From an uncultured cyanobacterium (GTDB lineage: Bacteria; Cyanobacteriota; Cyanobacteriia; Cyanobacteriales; Cyanobacteriaceae): a stretch of 64,000 bases of DNA. The stretch spans positions 1 through 64,000 of the forward strand of contig CAVQBA010000001.1 of the NCBI GenBank assembly GCA_963710605.1, read 5' to 3'. Below the pieces are notes generated by a model that ran no database searches, was not told where the DNA came from, and saw nothing but the letters and a program-made list of their open reading frames with translations. Each line of letters starts with the position of its first letter. Position 1 is the stretch's first letter. Shown here one piece after another: positions 39,166 through 53,382 of this stretch. Both the position numbers and the translations under genes were made by a program.

Positions 39166-39402
39166 TTAAAATCTTACAGGAAAAAACTTTAATCGCTCAG
39201 TAAATTCGGTTTCATAAATCCTTTCAACTAAAAAATCAGTATCGGTATTTTCGATTCCTTCGATACTATCCATCATTTTCAGAAAGTTAGGATGATGGGC
39301 AATGACACCATCTTTGGTGTAAGCAATCCATTCACCCCTATATTGCTTGAGCGTATAACGATTGTCTTTGTACCATTCTATCGGTGTTTGAGTCGTGCTT
39401 AT
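39166..39402 (-). pseudogene. Start-less ~78-codon remnant with a DUF5678-like motif
   Basis: Manual translation ISTTQTPIEWYKDNRYTLKQYRGEWIAYTKDGVIAH..FFPVRF*; not in the ORF track. Confidence 0.55.
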
Positions 39403-39622
39403 GATTATCCATCATTACACTACAAATTTTAATTATCGATCGAGTATATATCGATCTAAACACAAAAATAACTATTGATTAAAAATAACTTAAATATAAA
39501 TCAAACATAATTTTAGCAATGAAAGTTGTTGTAATTAATTAGCCACAATGACCCAAATTAGCCTAAACTAATCTAATAATGTCTAGTTTAGTAAAAAAAT
39601 ATATATTTAGGAGATTAAAAAC

Positions 39623-39811
39623 ATGGGAGTAATATTCCAATTATTATTAGCCGCTTTAGTATTTTTCTCATTCGTGATGGTAGTTTATGTACCAGTTGCT
39701 TATGCTTCACCTCAAAATTGGGAGCAGTCTAAATCCTTACTCTATTTGGGTTCAATTATTTGGTTTGCTTTAGTGATTTTGGTTGCTGTTTTCAACTTTT
39801 TCGTCGTTTAA
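39623..39811 (+). CDS. psbZ: Photosystem II protein PsbZ
   Basis: 62 aa; [23 protein letters not shown]; conserved position upstream of ribH. Confidence 0.95.
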   Translation: MGVIFQLLLAALVFFSFVMVVYVPVAYASPQNWEQSKSLLYLGSIIWFALVILVAVFNFFVV

Positions 39812-39938
39812 GATTGTTTTTGAGAAAAAATATTTAAGAAGATTTAGAAAACCATTATTAGATGGGCAAAAATAAAATTAATTTTTAATCTAAGTATTTT
39901 TGCCTATTCTATATTTATTAAGAATTATTAATTTTAAC

Positions 39939-40418
39939 ATGGCAGTTTTTGAAGGTAATTTTCAGGATACCAAAAATTTACGTATAGCGATCGTTATTGG
40001 ACGTTTCAATGATTTAGTCACCAACAAACTTTTAGCAGGTTGTCAAGACTGTTTGAAAAGACACGGTGTTGATATCAACCCAGAAGGCACTCAAGTAGAT
40101 TACGCTTGGGTACCAGGTAGTTTTGAAGTGCCTTTAATTACAAGCAAATTAGCTTCTACAGGTAATTATGATGTCATTATTTGTTTGGGGGCGGTAATCA
40201 GAGGAGATACTCCTCATTTTGATTATGTCTGTAGTCAGGCGGCAAAAGGAATTGCGGCTGTAGGTATGAAAACGGGTGTGCCGACTATATTTGGTATTTT
40301 AACTACCGATACAATGCAACAAGCCTTAGAAAGGGCTGGAATTAAAAGCAATCTTGGTTGGGGTTATGCGATGAATGCTTTAGAAATCGCTACTTTAATG
40401 AAACAACTTCCCAATTAG
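39939..40418 (+). CDS. ribH: 6,7-dimethyl-8-ribityllumazine synthase
   Basis: [37 protein letters not shown] at 39939. Confidence 0.96.
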   Translation: MAVFEGNFQDTKNLRIAIVIGRFNDLVTNKLLAGCQDCLKRHGVDINPEGTQVDYAWVPGSFEVPLITSKLASTGNYDVIICLGAVIRGDTPHFDYVCSQAAKGIAAVGMKTGVPTIFGILTTDTMQQALERAGIKSNLGWGYAMNALEIATLMKQLPN

Positions 40419-40646
40419 CAGTTAGCAATTAGCAATTAGTAATTAATAATTATATTTATTTTAATCGATCGTTTGAGGTAAAACTAATTACATCAATGAT
40501 TTAGTTTGTAGGGACGTATCAGTGCTACGTCCTTCATAATGTAGGCATTCTGTACGATCGGTTTTCATTTATAATCTGAACTATGTTAATCTCTAGGTAT
40601 TTATGTACTAAAAAAGTATAATAGAGATAAAATAAGTTGAAGGTAA

Positions 40647-42674
<2,028 letters not shown>

Positions 42675-42957
42675 CAAAGGGCAAAGGGCAAAGGTAAAAT
42701 GCTTATATATTAATAGTTTGAGCCTTTATATTTGTCCTAACTGTTATGGCTACTACTATACAAATAACAATGATACAATTCTGGTTTTAAAATCTTAGTT
42801 TACAGATTCGACTCTAGCGGATTCACAAGAGTATTAAATGAGAATTAGAGGCGAGTTTCATACTAGAATTTCCCGATAAATATTAATGTCTCAACCCTAT
42901 TTTAAACGATTGTAATTATTTAAAATAAGAACAAAATAATTTTGCACAAATACTTAA

Positions 42958-43158
42958 TATAGCAATTATTGGTGAAATGAAGTATAAACTAATCCCCCAC
43001 TCATCCCCATCCCCCTTGCCACGGGGCTTACAAGCACCTGAAATCAATTCAGGTGACAGCCCCTCCCCTTCGTAAGGGGGAAATTTAAGGATGCTTCGCT
43101 TTTATTTATGGGGACTTACCAGTTGTAACTGTACCTTATAATTATGAGAAACGCTATA
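42958..43158. repeat. TATAGC-bounded MITE-like element containing C/G-rich palindromes
   Basis: TATAGC..ATGAAGTA at left, TACCTTAT..GAGAAACGCTATA at right; internal CACCTGAA..TTCAGGTG and TCCCCTT..AAGGGGGA. Confidence 0.5.
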
Positions 43159-43211
43159 GTTTTAAAATATTTATCTAAGTAGATAAACTTTATTTTAGTT
43201 TTTAATAAAAG

Positions 43212-46200
43212 CTAATCTTTGATAATAGATTGGTTATCATTACCAATTTGCTCAATAATTTTAGGGAATTCTTCTAAACTATGACTTAAAGAATCAAGTT
43301 CTATATTAAGAATATGTTTTTTGAGATTATGAGCATATTCTAATAACAATTGTTGATTATATTCTTGTGCTTCCTCTTCTAAAGAATTAGCAAACTTTCT
43401 GACTTCAGATATTATTTTTGTTTGTTGTATCTTCTTCCATTGTTTTAGATATACAGTATCTAATTTAGTTATCAAATTAATTAATTTATTTGATATATTA
43501 GTTGAACTAAATATTTTTTGATAGTGGTTATTTATACTCGTAAAAATCTCTTTTTTAGCCAAAACTTGCTCAGGTAAAACTAATTTCAAAGCTTCTACCA
43601 AATTACCAATACTAATCGGCTTATGAAGAAAACCTTTAACTAAACTTGATGGTTGAATTTGAGTATAAATTTCTACATCAGTAGTAATTATAATAATTGG
43701 TATAGTATTAGTTAATTCGTTTTTAGATAATAATTTAATAGTTTTTATTATATTCAAGTAGGGTGTATTCAAATCTAATAAAATTACATTTGGTTGATAT
43801 TTACTCGCTACCATCGGTACTTTTTCACCATTATCAATAATTAAAAGTTGATGTGTAGAATCGGTAAAATAAGACTCAATTAAATCTGAATTAGACGTAA
43901 TTTCATTCACTAATAAAATAGTACTAGGAGCAAAAATAGTTAATTTATCATTACAACTATCATTGATTAGTCTATTAGTCATTGTCTCTAAAGATTGAAT
44001 CTGCTTAAATATAACTAGAAATTGGCTACCTTGATTGACTTTACTCTCAACATAAATATTACCATTGAGCATAGTTACTAGCTTTTTAGTGATAGCCAAA
44101 CCTAAACCAGTGCCACCATATTCACGATTACTTTGCCCATTTTGTTGAGTAAAAGATTGGAAAATATTTACTTGCTCTTGTTTAGGAATACCAATACCTG
44201 TATCTTCAATTAAAACTGATAAATTACATTGAGAAGAATTGGCTATTTGAGTCTGACTTGATTTAACCGTTATTTTTACATAACCATGAGAAGTAAATTT
44301 AATCGCATTACCAATTAAATTAAATAATATCTGTCTTAGTCTTACCTCATCAAAAACAATATAAAGAGGTACATTTGCTTCGATTTCTAAGTTTAAATTT
44401 AATCCCTTTTCTTCTGCTTTTAAAGAAAAAATATTGACTATTTCATATAGTAATTCATGTAAACAAATTGAGACAGATTCGGGTTGCATTTTCCCGGCTT
44501 CTATACGAGATAAATCTAAAATATCATCAATTAAAGACAGCAAAATTTTACTACTAGAAGTAAGTGAGTTAAGATAACTTTTACCTTCATCGTCATCCAC
44601 TATATCTCGTAATAAATCTGAAAAACCCAAAATAGCATTCATTGGAGTACGAATTTCATGACTCATATTAGCCAAAAACTCACTTTTAGCTACATTAGCA
44701 ATTTCGGCTTTTTCTTTCGCTTTCTCTAATTCGATCGATTTTTCTTTTAAGGTGATAAAAATTTCTGCTTGCTCAATTGCCATACCCAAGGGGTTTGTGA
44801 TATGTTTTAATAAATGTATTTGTTGGGATTGCCAACGAAAAGGATGATGATAATATGCGGCTAATAATCCCCAAAGATTATTCCTCACAAAAATAGGTAT
44901 AATACACATCGCTTCAATTCCAAATTGCTGATAAACCTCTAAATGGCAAGGAGAAAAATTAGCTAAATTAATGTTGTTGATAATAAAAATATTTTTTTGA
45001 CGATACCTACCACCTTGATGAGTTTGAAGATAAGTATCATTCCATACTCTTTGAATGTTTTTATCTAATAAAGAAGGATATTTAGATTGAGCATTTTCGG
45101 CGATAAATTCTCCTCCCCAATTTTGATCAAATTTGTAAATAGCAACGACATCACACTCTAAAAAATTTCTTACTTCTGAGGTAGTTGTATCACAAATAAT
45201 CTCTAAATCGATCGTTTCACGCATTTTTTGTATAATAGAGTTAACTGTATTATGCAATTGTGCATTTTCTTTGAGAGTTATTTCTCGACTTTTTTCAACG
45301 GTAATGTCCATAACAATACCATTCCACATAATTATACCTGAAGATAAAATTTGTGGTTCGGCTGTAATTTTTATATACTTTTGTTGATTACTATTAGTAA
45401 ATATTTCTGTTTCAAAGCTTAGTCTAGAACAATATTTAGCTGATAAATCTAAAGATTGATAAAGTTTTTTTAATTCGGTTGCCGGTAAAATTTGGAAAAT
45501 TCTGTCGCTTTTTTTGATTACTTCTTCTGGTGTTACTTCAAAAATACTATTAACAGCCTGACTGACAAAAGTAAAAGAATATTGATTATTTCCATCATCT
45601 AACAATTGAAATACCATTCCGGGTACTAAACTAGTTATATCTTTTAATTGTTCATTATTCAAGGTTTTATGTACTGAAGAATTAATCTGATTAATAATGG
45701 TTATTCCACCTTGATAGATACCATCTTCATCGTTAATTTTTTGAGAATAGACATTAACCCAAGTGTGAAAATCTTGTTTGTTTTTTAATTGATAGTTTTT
45801 GCCCCGCCCATAAAGATTATTATCCTGAGGAGATAGCTTGAAATCAATAATTTCTTGTTCAACAATTTCTTGCCAAGATTGTCTGATTAGTGTTTTTTCA
45901 TCATAACCGAAAATATTTTTTAAAGCAGGATTATTAAAAATAATATTATAATCACGATCGTACACACAAATGCCTTGAGAAGAATTATCAAGTAAAAAAG
46001 TAACTAGTTTCGGTGGCGAGTTATTTAACTGCTCAAATTCTTCGATTGCTGATAATTGCTTGATGTTTTCTAAGTTATGATTACTTTTATGATTATTTAT
46101 CCACTCCTGCCAACAAGATAACGCTTTTTGCCAAAGTATTTCATTATTACTACCACCATTAATACTTTGTGTTGATTGATTTTTTTTACTGTTAGGAGAG

Positions 46201-46217
46201 TCTGAATACTTACTCAT
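43212..46217 (-). CDS. Hybrid histidine kinase PAS-PAS-GAF(cyanobacteriochrome)-HisKA-HATPase-REC
   Basis: [55 protein letters not shown]. Confidence 0.9.
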   Translation of the reverse strand: MSKYSDSPNSKKNQSTQSINGGSNNEILWQKALSCWQEWINNHKSNHNLENIKQLSAIEEFEQLNNSPPKLVTFLLDNSSQGICVYDRDYNIIFNNPALKNIFGYDEKTLIRQSWQEIVEQEIIDFKLSPQDNNLYGRGKNYQLKNKQDFHTWVNVYSQKINDEDGIYQGGITIINQINSSVHKTLNNEQLKDITSLVPGMVFQLLDDGNNQYSFTFVSQAVNSIFEVTPEEVIKKSDRIFQILPATELKKLYQSLDLSAKYCSRLSFETEIFTNSNQQKYIKITAEPQILSSGIIMWNGIVMDITVEKSREITLKENAQLHNTVNSIIQKMRETIDLEIICDTTTSEVRNFLECDVVAIYKFDQNWGGEFIAENAQSKYPSLLDKNIQRVWNDTYLQTHQGGRYRQKNIFIINNINLANFSPCHLEVYQQFGIEAMCIIPIFVRNNLWGLLAAYYHHPFRWQSQQIHLLKHITNPLGMAIEQAEIFITLKEKSIELEKAKEKAEIANVAKSEFLANMSHEIRTPMNAILGFSDLLRDIVDDDEGKSYLNSLTSSSKILLSLIDDILDLSRIEAGKMQPESVSICLHELLYEIVNIFSLKAEEKGLNLNLEIEANVPLYIVFDEVRLRQILFNLIGNAIKFTSHGYVKITVKSSQTQIANSSQCNLSVLIEDTGIGIPKQEQVNIFQSFTQQNGQSNREYGGTGLGLAITKKLVTMLNGNIYVESKVNQGSQFLVIFKQIQSLETMTNRLINDSCNDKLTIFAPSTILLVNEITSNSDLIESYFTDSTHQLLIIDNGEKVPMVASKYQPNVILLDLNTPYLNIIKTIKLLSKNELTNTIPIIIITTDVEIYTQIQPSSLVKGFLHKPISIGNLVEALKLVLPEQVLAKKEIFTSINNHYQKIFSSTNISNKLINLITKLDTVYLKQWKKIQQTKIISEVRKFANSLEEEAQEYNQQLLLEYAHNLKKHILNIELDSLSHSLEEFPKIIEQIGNDNQSIIKD

Positions 46218-46525
46218 TTGAGTATTTATCTTGTTTTTTGCTATTTTTTAGTTATTTAAAGTTATATTAATTGTACCCAATTCACCTTTTTTATTAAACA
46301 ATTTATCCACTTTTTAAATAATTAAAATTATTATATATCTACTTTTAAATAACAATTATACAACTAAATTTTTCTTTAATTGTTTATTTATTCTTAAAAC
46401 TTTATGAACATATTATTAAGTAATTGTTAAGAAGAAAATAACCAAAGCTTTTTCACTAAAATGTATATATCATAATCTTTTATGATTTAAAGTTTTTTTG
46501 ATTGAGAATTGAGGATTAGGTAGTA

Positions 46526-46912
46526 TTATTTGAGATGAAAAGGTTTTTCTTGCCAATCGACAGTCCAATCTTTTTCGTTTAAATATTTAAGTAAAGGCAT
46601 AGTTACTTCTATGCTACGACAAAACCAATATTGTTTTTCTTGTTGAGAATTAGTAACAACTATTTGGTATTGATACGCATGACCCAAAGTTTTTAGCAAT
46701 CCAGGGTATCTTTTAAGTTGTTTTTTAATTTCTGATTGAGAATAAGTAACGATCGTGTTTTTTTTAAAGTGAGGTGGTATCTTAAACTTATACTGAGGTT
46801 TCTTTGGCTGTGAAGGCTCAGAAAATGATTTCTTTAGCTGAGAGGGTTCAGAAAATGGTTTCTTTAGTGGTGGTTTTTTACGAAGGATTCGAGGCGAAGA
46901 AAAAGGGAACAT
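46526..46912 (-). CDS. Hypothetical protein with a short internal repeat (KKxFSEPSQ x2)
   Basis: ORF with a 30-bp tandem repeat; ATG 46912 preferred as start. Confidence 0.6.
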   Translation of the reverse strand: MFPFSSPRILRKKPPLKKPFSEPSQLKKSFSEPSQPKKPQYKFKIPPHFKKNTIVTYSQSEIKKQLKRYPGLLKTLGHAYQYQIVVTNSQQEKQYWFCRSIEVTMPLLKYLNEKDWTVDWQEKPFHLK

Positions 46913-47272
46913 AACGTCTTTTACCAACAGACTATAATATATAGCAGTAAATCGAATCATAAGCAAATCAATAAGTTGCGATCGATACTGTCTATTTTTT
47001 ATTCACAACTTGTGCTTATATAAATTATTTTAATGTATTTTTTAGTGTAATGACTCAAAAATAATTAATAGTTAATAATTAATCATCGTTTTAACTATTA
47101 TTTCTACAAGTAACTTTAGCAAGATTGTGATTAAGTTAACGATAAAATAGTGAAGCTATAAGCCATAGCCTATAGCTTTTAATCAAGACAACTAACCCTC
47201 ATTACTATCGATTCTCGATTTTTTTTTGGCATTTACTTGTTGCCATTATGTTAAGTTAATGGTGGTTACGTT

Positions 47273-47635
47273 TTAGGCGGCGAAAGATTTACCACAACCA
47301 CAAGTTTGACTAGCATTAGGATTAGTGAATTGAAATCCGCCACCAATCATTGCATCGCTAAAGTCTAAGACTAAACCGTATAAATATAACATACTTTTAC
47401 GATCGCAAATGATATTAAAACCATCATAATCAAAAACTTCGTCGTGTTCACCTGCATTATTAACATCTTCAAAATCCATTAAATAAGACATTCCTGAGCA
47501 TCCGCCTTGTCTAACACCTACTCTTAAACATAAATTTTCGTTACCTTGTTGTTGCTTTAACGCCAAAATATGCTTAAAAGCAGTAGGAGTTAATTGAATT
47601 CCTTGTTTATTTTTAGTAGCTACTTCTTGCGTCAT
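47273..47635 (-). CDS. HesB/IscA/SufA Fe-S cluster assembly protein
   Basis: [21 protein letters not shown]. Confidence 0.93.
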   Translation of the reverse strand: MTQEVATKNKQGIQLTPTAFKHILALKQQQGNENLCLRVGVRQGGCSGMSYLMDFEDVNNAGEHDEVFDYDGFNIICDRKSMLYLYGLVLDFSDAMIGGGFQFTNPNASQTCGCGKSFAA

Positions 47636-48026
47636 CTTTTCTCTTCTTAAATTTATTCTTTGATTATCATTCTATTGTACAACCAAAAACAATGAACAAT
47701 GAACAATGAATAATGAACAATGAATAATGAAATAATTATATCGAACACTATGGTATGTATAACAATTGAGAATTGAGAATTAATATTGTTAAAACTAGCT
47801 AGTTAAGATGATAGTGACAATCAAATAGTCATTTTCGTTCCGAACACTATGGTATTACTAGATGATTACGGATCTTAACGTTCTTTTTTAGTTATTATTG
47901 TTGATAACGATCGAGTTTTGTCACTATATTTCTTATATTGTCAGCATCATTAATTAATCAGAATTAATAGGATGAAGGATGAATAATAACACTCAACTTA
48001 GTAGTTAAACTCTTAACTCTTAACTC

Positions 48027-48599
48027 TTAACTCTTAACTCTTGTCGTGTTTGTTTGCATCGTTTTGTCTCCTTCTTGCCAATCTACAGGGCAAACTTCGT
48101 TATCATGAGACTGAACATATTGAATTGCTTTTAATACCCTTAGGGTTTCGTTAATGCTACGACCTACAGCTAAATTATTAGTGGTAATATGTTGGAGTAT
48201 GCCATCTGGATCAATAATAAATAAACCTCTTAAGGCAATCCCTGAGTTTGGTTCAAGTACATTATATTCTTGGCTGATTTGTTTAGTCAAATCCGAAACG
48301 AGTGGATATTGAATCTCTCCTATCCCACCTTGCTTTTTATCTGTTTGTATCCAGGCTAAATGAGCAAATTCGCTATCTACAGAGACTCCTAATACTTCTG
48401 TGTCTAAATCACTAAATTCTGTGTAACGATCGTTAAAAGCGATAATTTCTGTTGGACAAACGAAGGTAAAATCAAGAGGATAAAAAAACAAAACTACATA
48501 TTTACCCTGATAATCACTCAAACTAACTACCTGAAATTCTTGATCAATTACCGCCGTTGCTGTAAATTCAGGGGCTTGTTTGCCAACAAAAACAGTCAT
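48027..48599 (-). CDS. 2-Cys peroxiredoxin (AhpC/Prx1) with shortened C-terminus
   Basis: [14 protein letters not shown] and EVCP. Confidence 0.93.
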   Translation of the reverse strand: MTVFVGKQAPEFTATAVIDQEFQVVSLSDYQGKYVVLFFYPLDFTFVCPTEIIAFNDRYTEFSDLDTEVLGVSVDSEFAHLAWIQTDKKQGGIGEIQYPLVSDLTKQISQEYNVLEPNSGIALRGLFIIDPDGILQHITTNNLAVGRSINETLRVLKAIQYVQSHDNEVCPVDWQEGDKTMQTNTTRVKS

Positions 48600-48704
48600 A
48601 TTTTATATAATTGGAATTACAAATTTTTGGTTAACAATTCACCAGTAATGAATTAGGTGTTAGGGAATGAGTAAGGAGTAAGAAGTATTGTCAATTGTCA
48701 ATTG

Positions 48705-48753
48705 CGGTGAAAGCCCGCGTCGGCGTAAGACGCAAGGGAATGTTCACCAAGAC
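48705..48753 (+). repeat. 49-bp SDR-like structured repeat within a TCAATTG heptamer array
   Basis: CGGTGAAAGCCCGCGTCGGCGTAAGACGCAAGGGAATGTTCACCAAGAC; stems GGTGAA/TTCACC, CCC/GGG, GCGTC/GACGC. Confidence 0.8.
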
Positions 48754-48842
48754 GTCAATTATCAATTATCTTTTGCCTCTTGTCCTTTGTTAATCAATTA
48801 TTATAGCATTGATAGTCGAACTAAATAATAGAAACGATCGAG

Positions 48843-50618
48843 TTGAATATGATAAATTTCTTGAGTAAGTATTATCGCCAAAAATGGCAAAAACTATTTT
48901 CGTGGCTAATTATTTTTAGTTTTAGTGCCTTAGTTTTTTCAGGTTGTCAATTTACTCAAACATCAGCCAATCCAAGAATAGTTCAAGCAATATTAAGTGA
49001 CCCTAAAACATTTAATGCCGTTTTATCGCAAGAATCACCTAATATTTTTGGGATAACTTATGAAGGGTTAACTAAAGAAAATGTGATTACAGGAGAAGTA
49101 ACACCTGCATTAGCTAAATCATGGCAATTTTCACCAGATAAACTAAGTATTACTTTTACTTTAAAAGATAATTTAAAATGGTCTGATGGCGAGCCTTTAA
49201 CCGTTGATGATGTTATTTTTAGTTATAATCAGCTATATCTTAATGAAGAAATTCCCTCTAACTCTAGAGACAGTTTGAGAGTAGGAAAAAGCCAAACTTT
49301 ACCAATAGTTGAAAAAGTAAACGACTCGCAAGTTAAATTTACTATAACAGAACCTTTTGCCCCGTTTTTACAAAGTACTAGTTTGTCTATTTTACCTAAG
49401 CATATTTTAGAGGAAAAAGTTACTCAAAAAGACAGTGAAGGAAAACCGCTTTTTCTTTCTTATTGGGGTGTCGATACACCAGCAGATGAATTAATTGTTA
49501 ATGGCCTTTATAAACTGAAAAATTATACGACTTCTCAAAGAGTAATTTTTACCAAAAATCCTTATTATTGGCAGAAAGACGCAGACAATAACGATTTACC
49601 TTACATAGAAGAAGTAGTCTGGGAAATAGTCGAATCAACCGATACATCTTTATTACAATTTCGATCGGGTAGTCTTGATAGCGTTACTGTCAGCCCCGAA
49701 TATTTTTCCTTACTCAAAAAAGAAGAAGATAGAGGTAACTTTACTATTTATAATGGTGGTCCTGCTTATGGTACTACCTTCATGTCATTTAACCTTAATC
49801 GTGGTAGTCGTAATGACCAACCTTTAGTTAATCCGATTAAATCTAAATGGTTTAATGACCTTGATTTTCGTCGGGCGATTGCGATCGCACTAAATCGAGA
49901 TAGAATGATTAATAATATTTATCGTGGTTTAGGAGAGAAACAAACCTCACCCATATCAGTCCAATCACCTTTTTATGATCCCACCCTCGAAAGTTATGAT
50001 TACGCTCCTGATTTAGCCAAGAAAATGCTTTTAGAGGCAGGTTTTCAATATGATTCCGATGGTAATTTAATCGATCGAGATAATAATCAAGTTCGTTTTA
50101 GTTTACTAACTAATGCAGGAAATAAAATTAGAGAATCTTTAGGTACACAAATAAAACAAGATTTGAGTACAATTGGAATTACCGTTGATTTTACTCCGCT
50201 TGCGTTTAATATACTAATAGATAAAGTAACTAATTCTTTAGAGTGGGATGCGATCGTACTTGGTTTTACAGGCTCAAACGAACCTCATGGAGGAATAAAT
50301 TTGTGGCTTCCTGACGGTAATTTGCATATGTTTAACCTTAATCCACAAGCAGGAAGAGAATCAATACAAGGTAGAGTAGTGCAAGATTGGGAGCAAGAAA
50401 TTGCCGATTTATATACCGAAGCCGCTAAAGAAATAGACATCGAAAAAAGAAAAGAAATTTATGCCCAAGCCCAACAATTAGCAGTAGAATATTTACCACT
50501 TATTTATCTAGTTAATCCTTATTCTTTATCTGCGGTGAGAAATAATATTGAAGGTATAGAATATTCAGCTTTAGGTGGTGCTTTTTGGAATATCGAACAA
50601 CTCAAAATCAATGAATAG
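48843..50618 (+). CDS. ABC transporter substrate-binding lipoprotein, family 5 (peptide/nickel)
   Basis: Lipobox FSGC, SDPKTFN, LKWSDGEPLTVDDV. Confidence 0.92.
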   Translation: MNMINFLSKYYRQKWQKLFSWLIIFSFSALVFSGCQFTQTSANPRIVQAILSDPKTFNAVLSQESPNIFGITYEGLTKENVITGEVTPALAKSWQFSPDKLSITFTLKDNLKWSDGEPLTVDDVIFSYNQLYLNEEIPSNSRDSLRVGKSQTLPIVEKVNDSQVKFTITEPFAPFLQSTSLSILPKHILEEKVTQKDSEGKPLFLSYWGVDTPADELIVNGLYKLKNYTTSQRVIFTKNPYYWQKDADNNDLPYIEEVVWEIVESTDTSLLQFRSGSLDSVTVSPEYFSLLKKEEDRGNFTIYNGGPAYGTTFMSFNLNRGSRNDQPLVNPIKSKWFNDLDFRRAIAIALNRDRMINNIYRGLGEKQTSPISVQSPFYDPTLESYDYAPDLAKKMLLEAGFQYDSDGNLIDRDNNQVRFSLLTNAGNKIRESLGTQIKQDLSTIGITVDFTPLAFNILIDKVTNSLEWDAIVLGFTGSNEPHGGINLWLPDGNLHMFNLNPQAGRESIQGRVVQDWEQEIADLYTEAAKEIDIEKRKEIYAQAQQLAVEYLPLIYLVNPYSLSAVRNNIEGIEYSALGGAFWNIEQLKINE

Positions 50619-50756
50619 GTTTTAGGTGTTAGGTTTTAAATATCAGGATTTAAGAAGTACATTTTATTAGAAATTGAGAGTATCAATTATTTTTTTGTTT
50701 ATTGTCAATTGTCAATTGTCAATTGTCAATTCTTTATTTAACTATTAACTATCGAC

Positions 50757-51131
50757 ATGAAATATAAATTTAGTTTTTCAAGTTTCGTCTTTGCCTCATT
50801 TTTAACCATAACTGGTTGTACTAATTTAATTGGTTTAACAATTGCTTCTCCTGAAACTATCGATGTTGAAGCGGTGAAAAAAGAAGAATTAATTGATGAT
50901 TCGCTTAAAGTAACAGGTATCGTCGAAAAAATAATTCCAATGTTAGATTATACAGCCTATCTGTTGAGAGATGATCAAGAATTGATTTGGGTAACGACGA
51001 ATAAAAAAGCACCTAAAAAATTTGAAGCAGTAACAATAAAAGCCTTGATTAAAAATCAAGTAATGATTATAGAAGGAGAAGAGTATAATGAATTTTATCT
51101 AGAAGAAATTGAACGGATAATTAAGGATTAA
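50757..51131 (+). CDS. Hypothetical OB-fold lipoprotein
   Basis: Lipobox ITGC; G.V..P....AY.L.D...IWV. Confidence 0.65.
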   Translation: MKYKFSFSSFVFASFLTITGCTNLIGLTIASPETIDVEAVKKEELIDDSLKVTGIVEKIIPMLDYTAYLLRDDQELIWVTTNKKAPKKFEAVTIKALIKNQVMIIEGEEYNEFYLEEIERIIKD

Positions 51132-51150
51132 GAATGATAGTTTTTTAATA

Positions 51151-51314
51151 TATAGTCATTTAAAAAAAGAATTAAGACAGTAATAATAATTCTAAAACCA
51201 AAGTACTAAACCCGCCTTGAACTATCGTGCAAGGCTAATATCCTGTTCGTTTAATAAATTAAACTTAAATTCAAATATAGCACTCGTGTGTCATTTTTAT
51301 TTAAAATAACTATA
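51151..51314. repeat. MITE-like element (family 2) with TATAGT termini
   Basis: Imperfect TIRs TATAGTCATTTAAA..GACA / TGTC..TTTAAAATAACTATA; internal GCCTTG..CAAGGC palindrome. Confidence 0.6.
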
Positions 51315-51517
51315 AAATGAGAAAGAAAATTTATTATTTTAAAATCTAAGTTCAATTCATTGAATGTTATTATATGAACCTTCTAAATTCGTCCCTAAGG
51401 TGACTCTAAGGCTTTCAATTCGATAAAAATATATTAAACTTAAAATAAAGATTTAAGGTAGGTATTAATTAATAATTATTAATTATTAATTATTAATTAT
51501 TAATTATTAATTATTAA

Positions 51518-52372
51518 TTACCGATCGAATCTCATGCTAATATCTAACCAAGACGATCGAGTTATAGTAGCACTAGTAGAAATATAATCAACACCAGTAG
51601 AAGCAATATTTTTAATTTTAGTCAATGTAACGTTACCTGAGGCTTCTATTTTGATTAAAGAATTTTCTTGACGAATGAATTTAACTGCTTTAGTCATTTC
51701 TTCGATACTCATGTTATCTAACATAATAATATCAGCACCTTGTTCGATCGCTATTTTCACTTCTTCTAAACAACTAGTCTCAACTTCAATCGTAAGAGGA
51801 TAAGGCATTGAAGCACGAATTAATTTAATTGCTTTATCGATACCACCTGCGGCTTTGATATGGTTATCTTTAATCATCACAGCATCATCTAAACCCATAC
51901 GATGATTAATCGCACCGCCTACAGTAGAGGCATATTTTTCTAGGATTCTTAAACCAGGAGTAGTTTTACGAGTATCAACTAATTGGGTGGGATAATCGGC
52001 AATTGCTTCGACATATTTTCTGGCGGCTGTAGCAATACCGCTTAAGTGCATAACTAAATTAAGGGCGAGTCTTTCTCCTGTTAACAAAGCGGACATCTTA
52101 CCTTCTAATTCCCAAATTTTACTCCCAACAGCTAGTTTTTCTCCTTCTTCAATGTTGAAGTTATATTCCATCTTCTCATCTAAAAGGGCAAAGACTTTTT
52201 GGGCGATAGGTAATCCTGCAATAACTCCTTCTTCTTTTAATAACCAATGTGCTTTACCAACTGAAGAGTTATCATTAAAAATACATTCGGTAGTACGATC
52301 GCCACGACCAATATCTTCTAATAACCAATCACGAATCAGGGTATCTAAAATCAAAGGAGAAGGAAGGGGCAT
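51518..52372 (-). CDS. nadC: Nicotinate-nucleotide pyrophosphorylase (carboxylating)
   Basis: EDIGRGDRT, DTRKTTPGLR, HRMGLDD..IKDNH, IMLDNM, EASG. Confidence 0.96.
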   Translation of the reverse strand: MPLPSPLILDTLIRDWLLEDIGRGDRTTECIFNDNSSVGKAHWLLKEEGVIAGLPIAQKVFALLDEKMEYNFNIEEGEKLAVGSKIWELEGKMSALLTGERLALNLVMHLSGIATAARKYVEAIADYPTQLVDTRKTTPGLRILEKYASTVGGAINHRMGLDDAVMIKDNHIKAAGGIDKAIKLIRASMPYPLTIEVETSCLEEVKIAIEQGADIIMLDNMSIEEMTKAVKFIRQENSLIKIEASGNVTLTKIKNIASTGVDYISTSATITRSSWLDISMRFDR

Positions 52373-52573
52373 AATTGAGAATTGAGAATTGAGAATTGAG
52401 AATTGAGAATAATTAAAATTTACTAATTGACTAAGGTTTTTAATTGACGAATATAAAACCTAGTTAATTGTATTTAGAGTTATAATTTTTTAGTCTGAAT
52501 CAATTGTCAACTGTCAACTGTCAATTGTCAATTATGAACTATACTTTGATTACAAGTTTATTAATGATAATGA

Positions 52574-53311
52574 ATGACAGAAGATTCTTATTTGTATGAA
52601 TATCAATCGTTAGTATCGGGTATTTTGATTAAAAGATATAAACGATTTTTAGCTGATATAGAACTTGATACAGGAGAAATAGTTACCGCTCATTGTGCTA
52701 ATACTGGTCCTATGATAGGAGTTTGTGAGGCAGGTAGTCAAGTAATGTTATCTAAAAGTGATAACCCCAAACGCAAGTTAGCCTATAGCTGGGAATTAAT
52801 CGCCGTTGGTGAAACAAATCCTGTTTGGGTAGGTATCAATACCGCTTTACCAAATAAAGTTATCAAAATAGCATTACAACAACATTTAATACCTGAATTA
52901 GCCCATCAATATGATGTAGTTAAAAGCGAAGTCAAATTTGGGCAAGACAGAAAAAGTAGAGTTGATTTTGTTTTAACTGATACTGAATCTGATATAGAAA
53001 CTTATGTTGAAGTGAAAAATACAACTTTGGCTGAAGATGGAGTTGCTTTGTTTCCTGATACCGTAACTACCAGAGGGCAAAAACACTTACGAGAATTGAT
53101 GGCTTTACCTGCTGAGACTAAAAAAGTGATGTTATATTTTATCAACCGCTCGGATTGTGAATTGTTTGATGCCGCCGAAAAGTACGATCGTACTTATGCC
53201 CAATTATTCACCGAAGCCATAAGTAAAGGGGTAAGCATCTTACCAATTCGTTTTGATGTTACCCCTAAAGGTGTTAAATATTTAGGAAAAGCGAAGATAA
53301 TTAATAATTAA
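52574..53311 (+). CDS. sfsA: DNA/RNA nuclease SfsA
   Basis: RYKRFLAD, AHCANTG, SRVDF, VEVK, FPDTVTTRGQKHL. Confidence 0.95.
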   Translation: MTEDSYLYEYQSLVSGILIKRYKRFLADIELDTGEIVTAHCANTGPMIGVCEAGSQVMLSKSDNPKRKLAYSWELIAVGETNPVWVGINTALPNKVIKIALQQHLIPELAHQYDVVKSEVKFGQDRKSRVDFVLTDTESDIETYVEVKNTTLAEDGVALFPDTVTTRGQKHLRELMALPAETKKVMLYFINRSDCELFDAAEKYDRTYAQLFTEAISKGVSILPIRFDVTPKGVKYLGKAKIINN

Positions 53312-53382
53312 TAATTAATAGACACCTGCAAAAATTGTAGTGTGACAATCAGTTTTCGGATTCAGGACGATTATCTAAGGGT

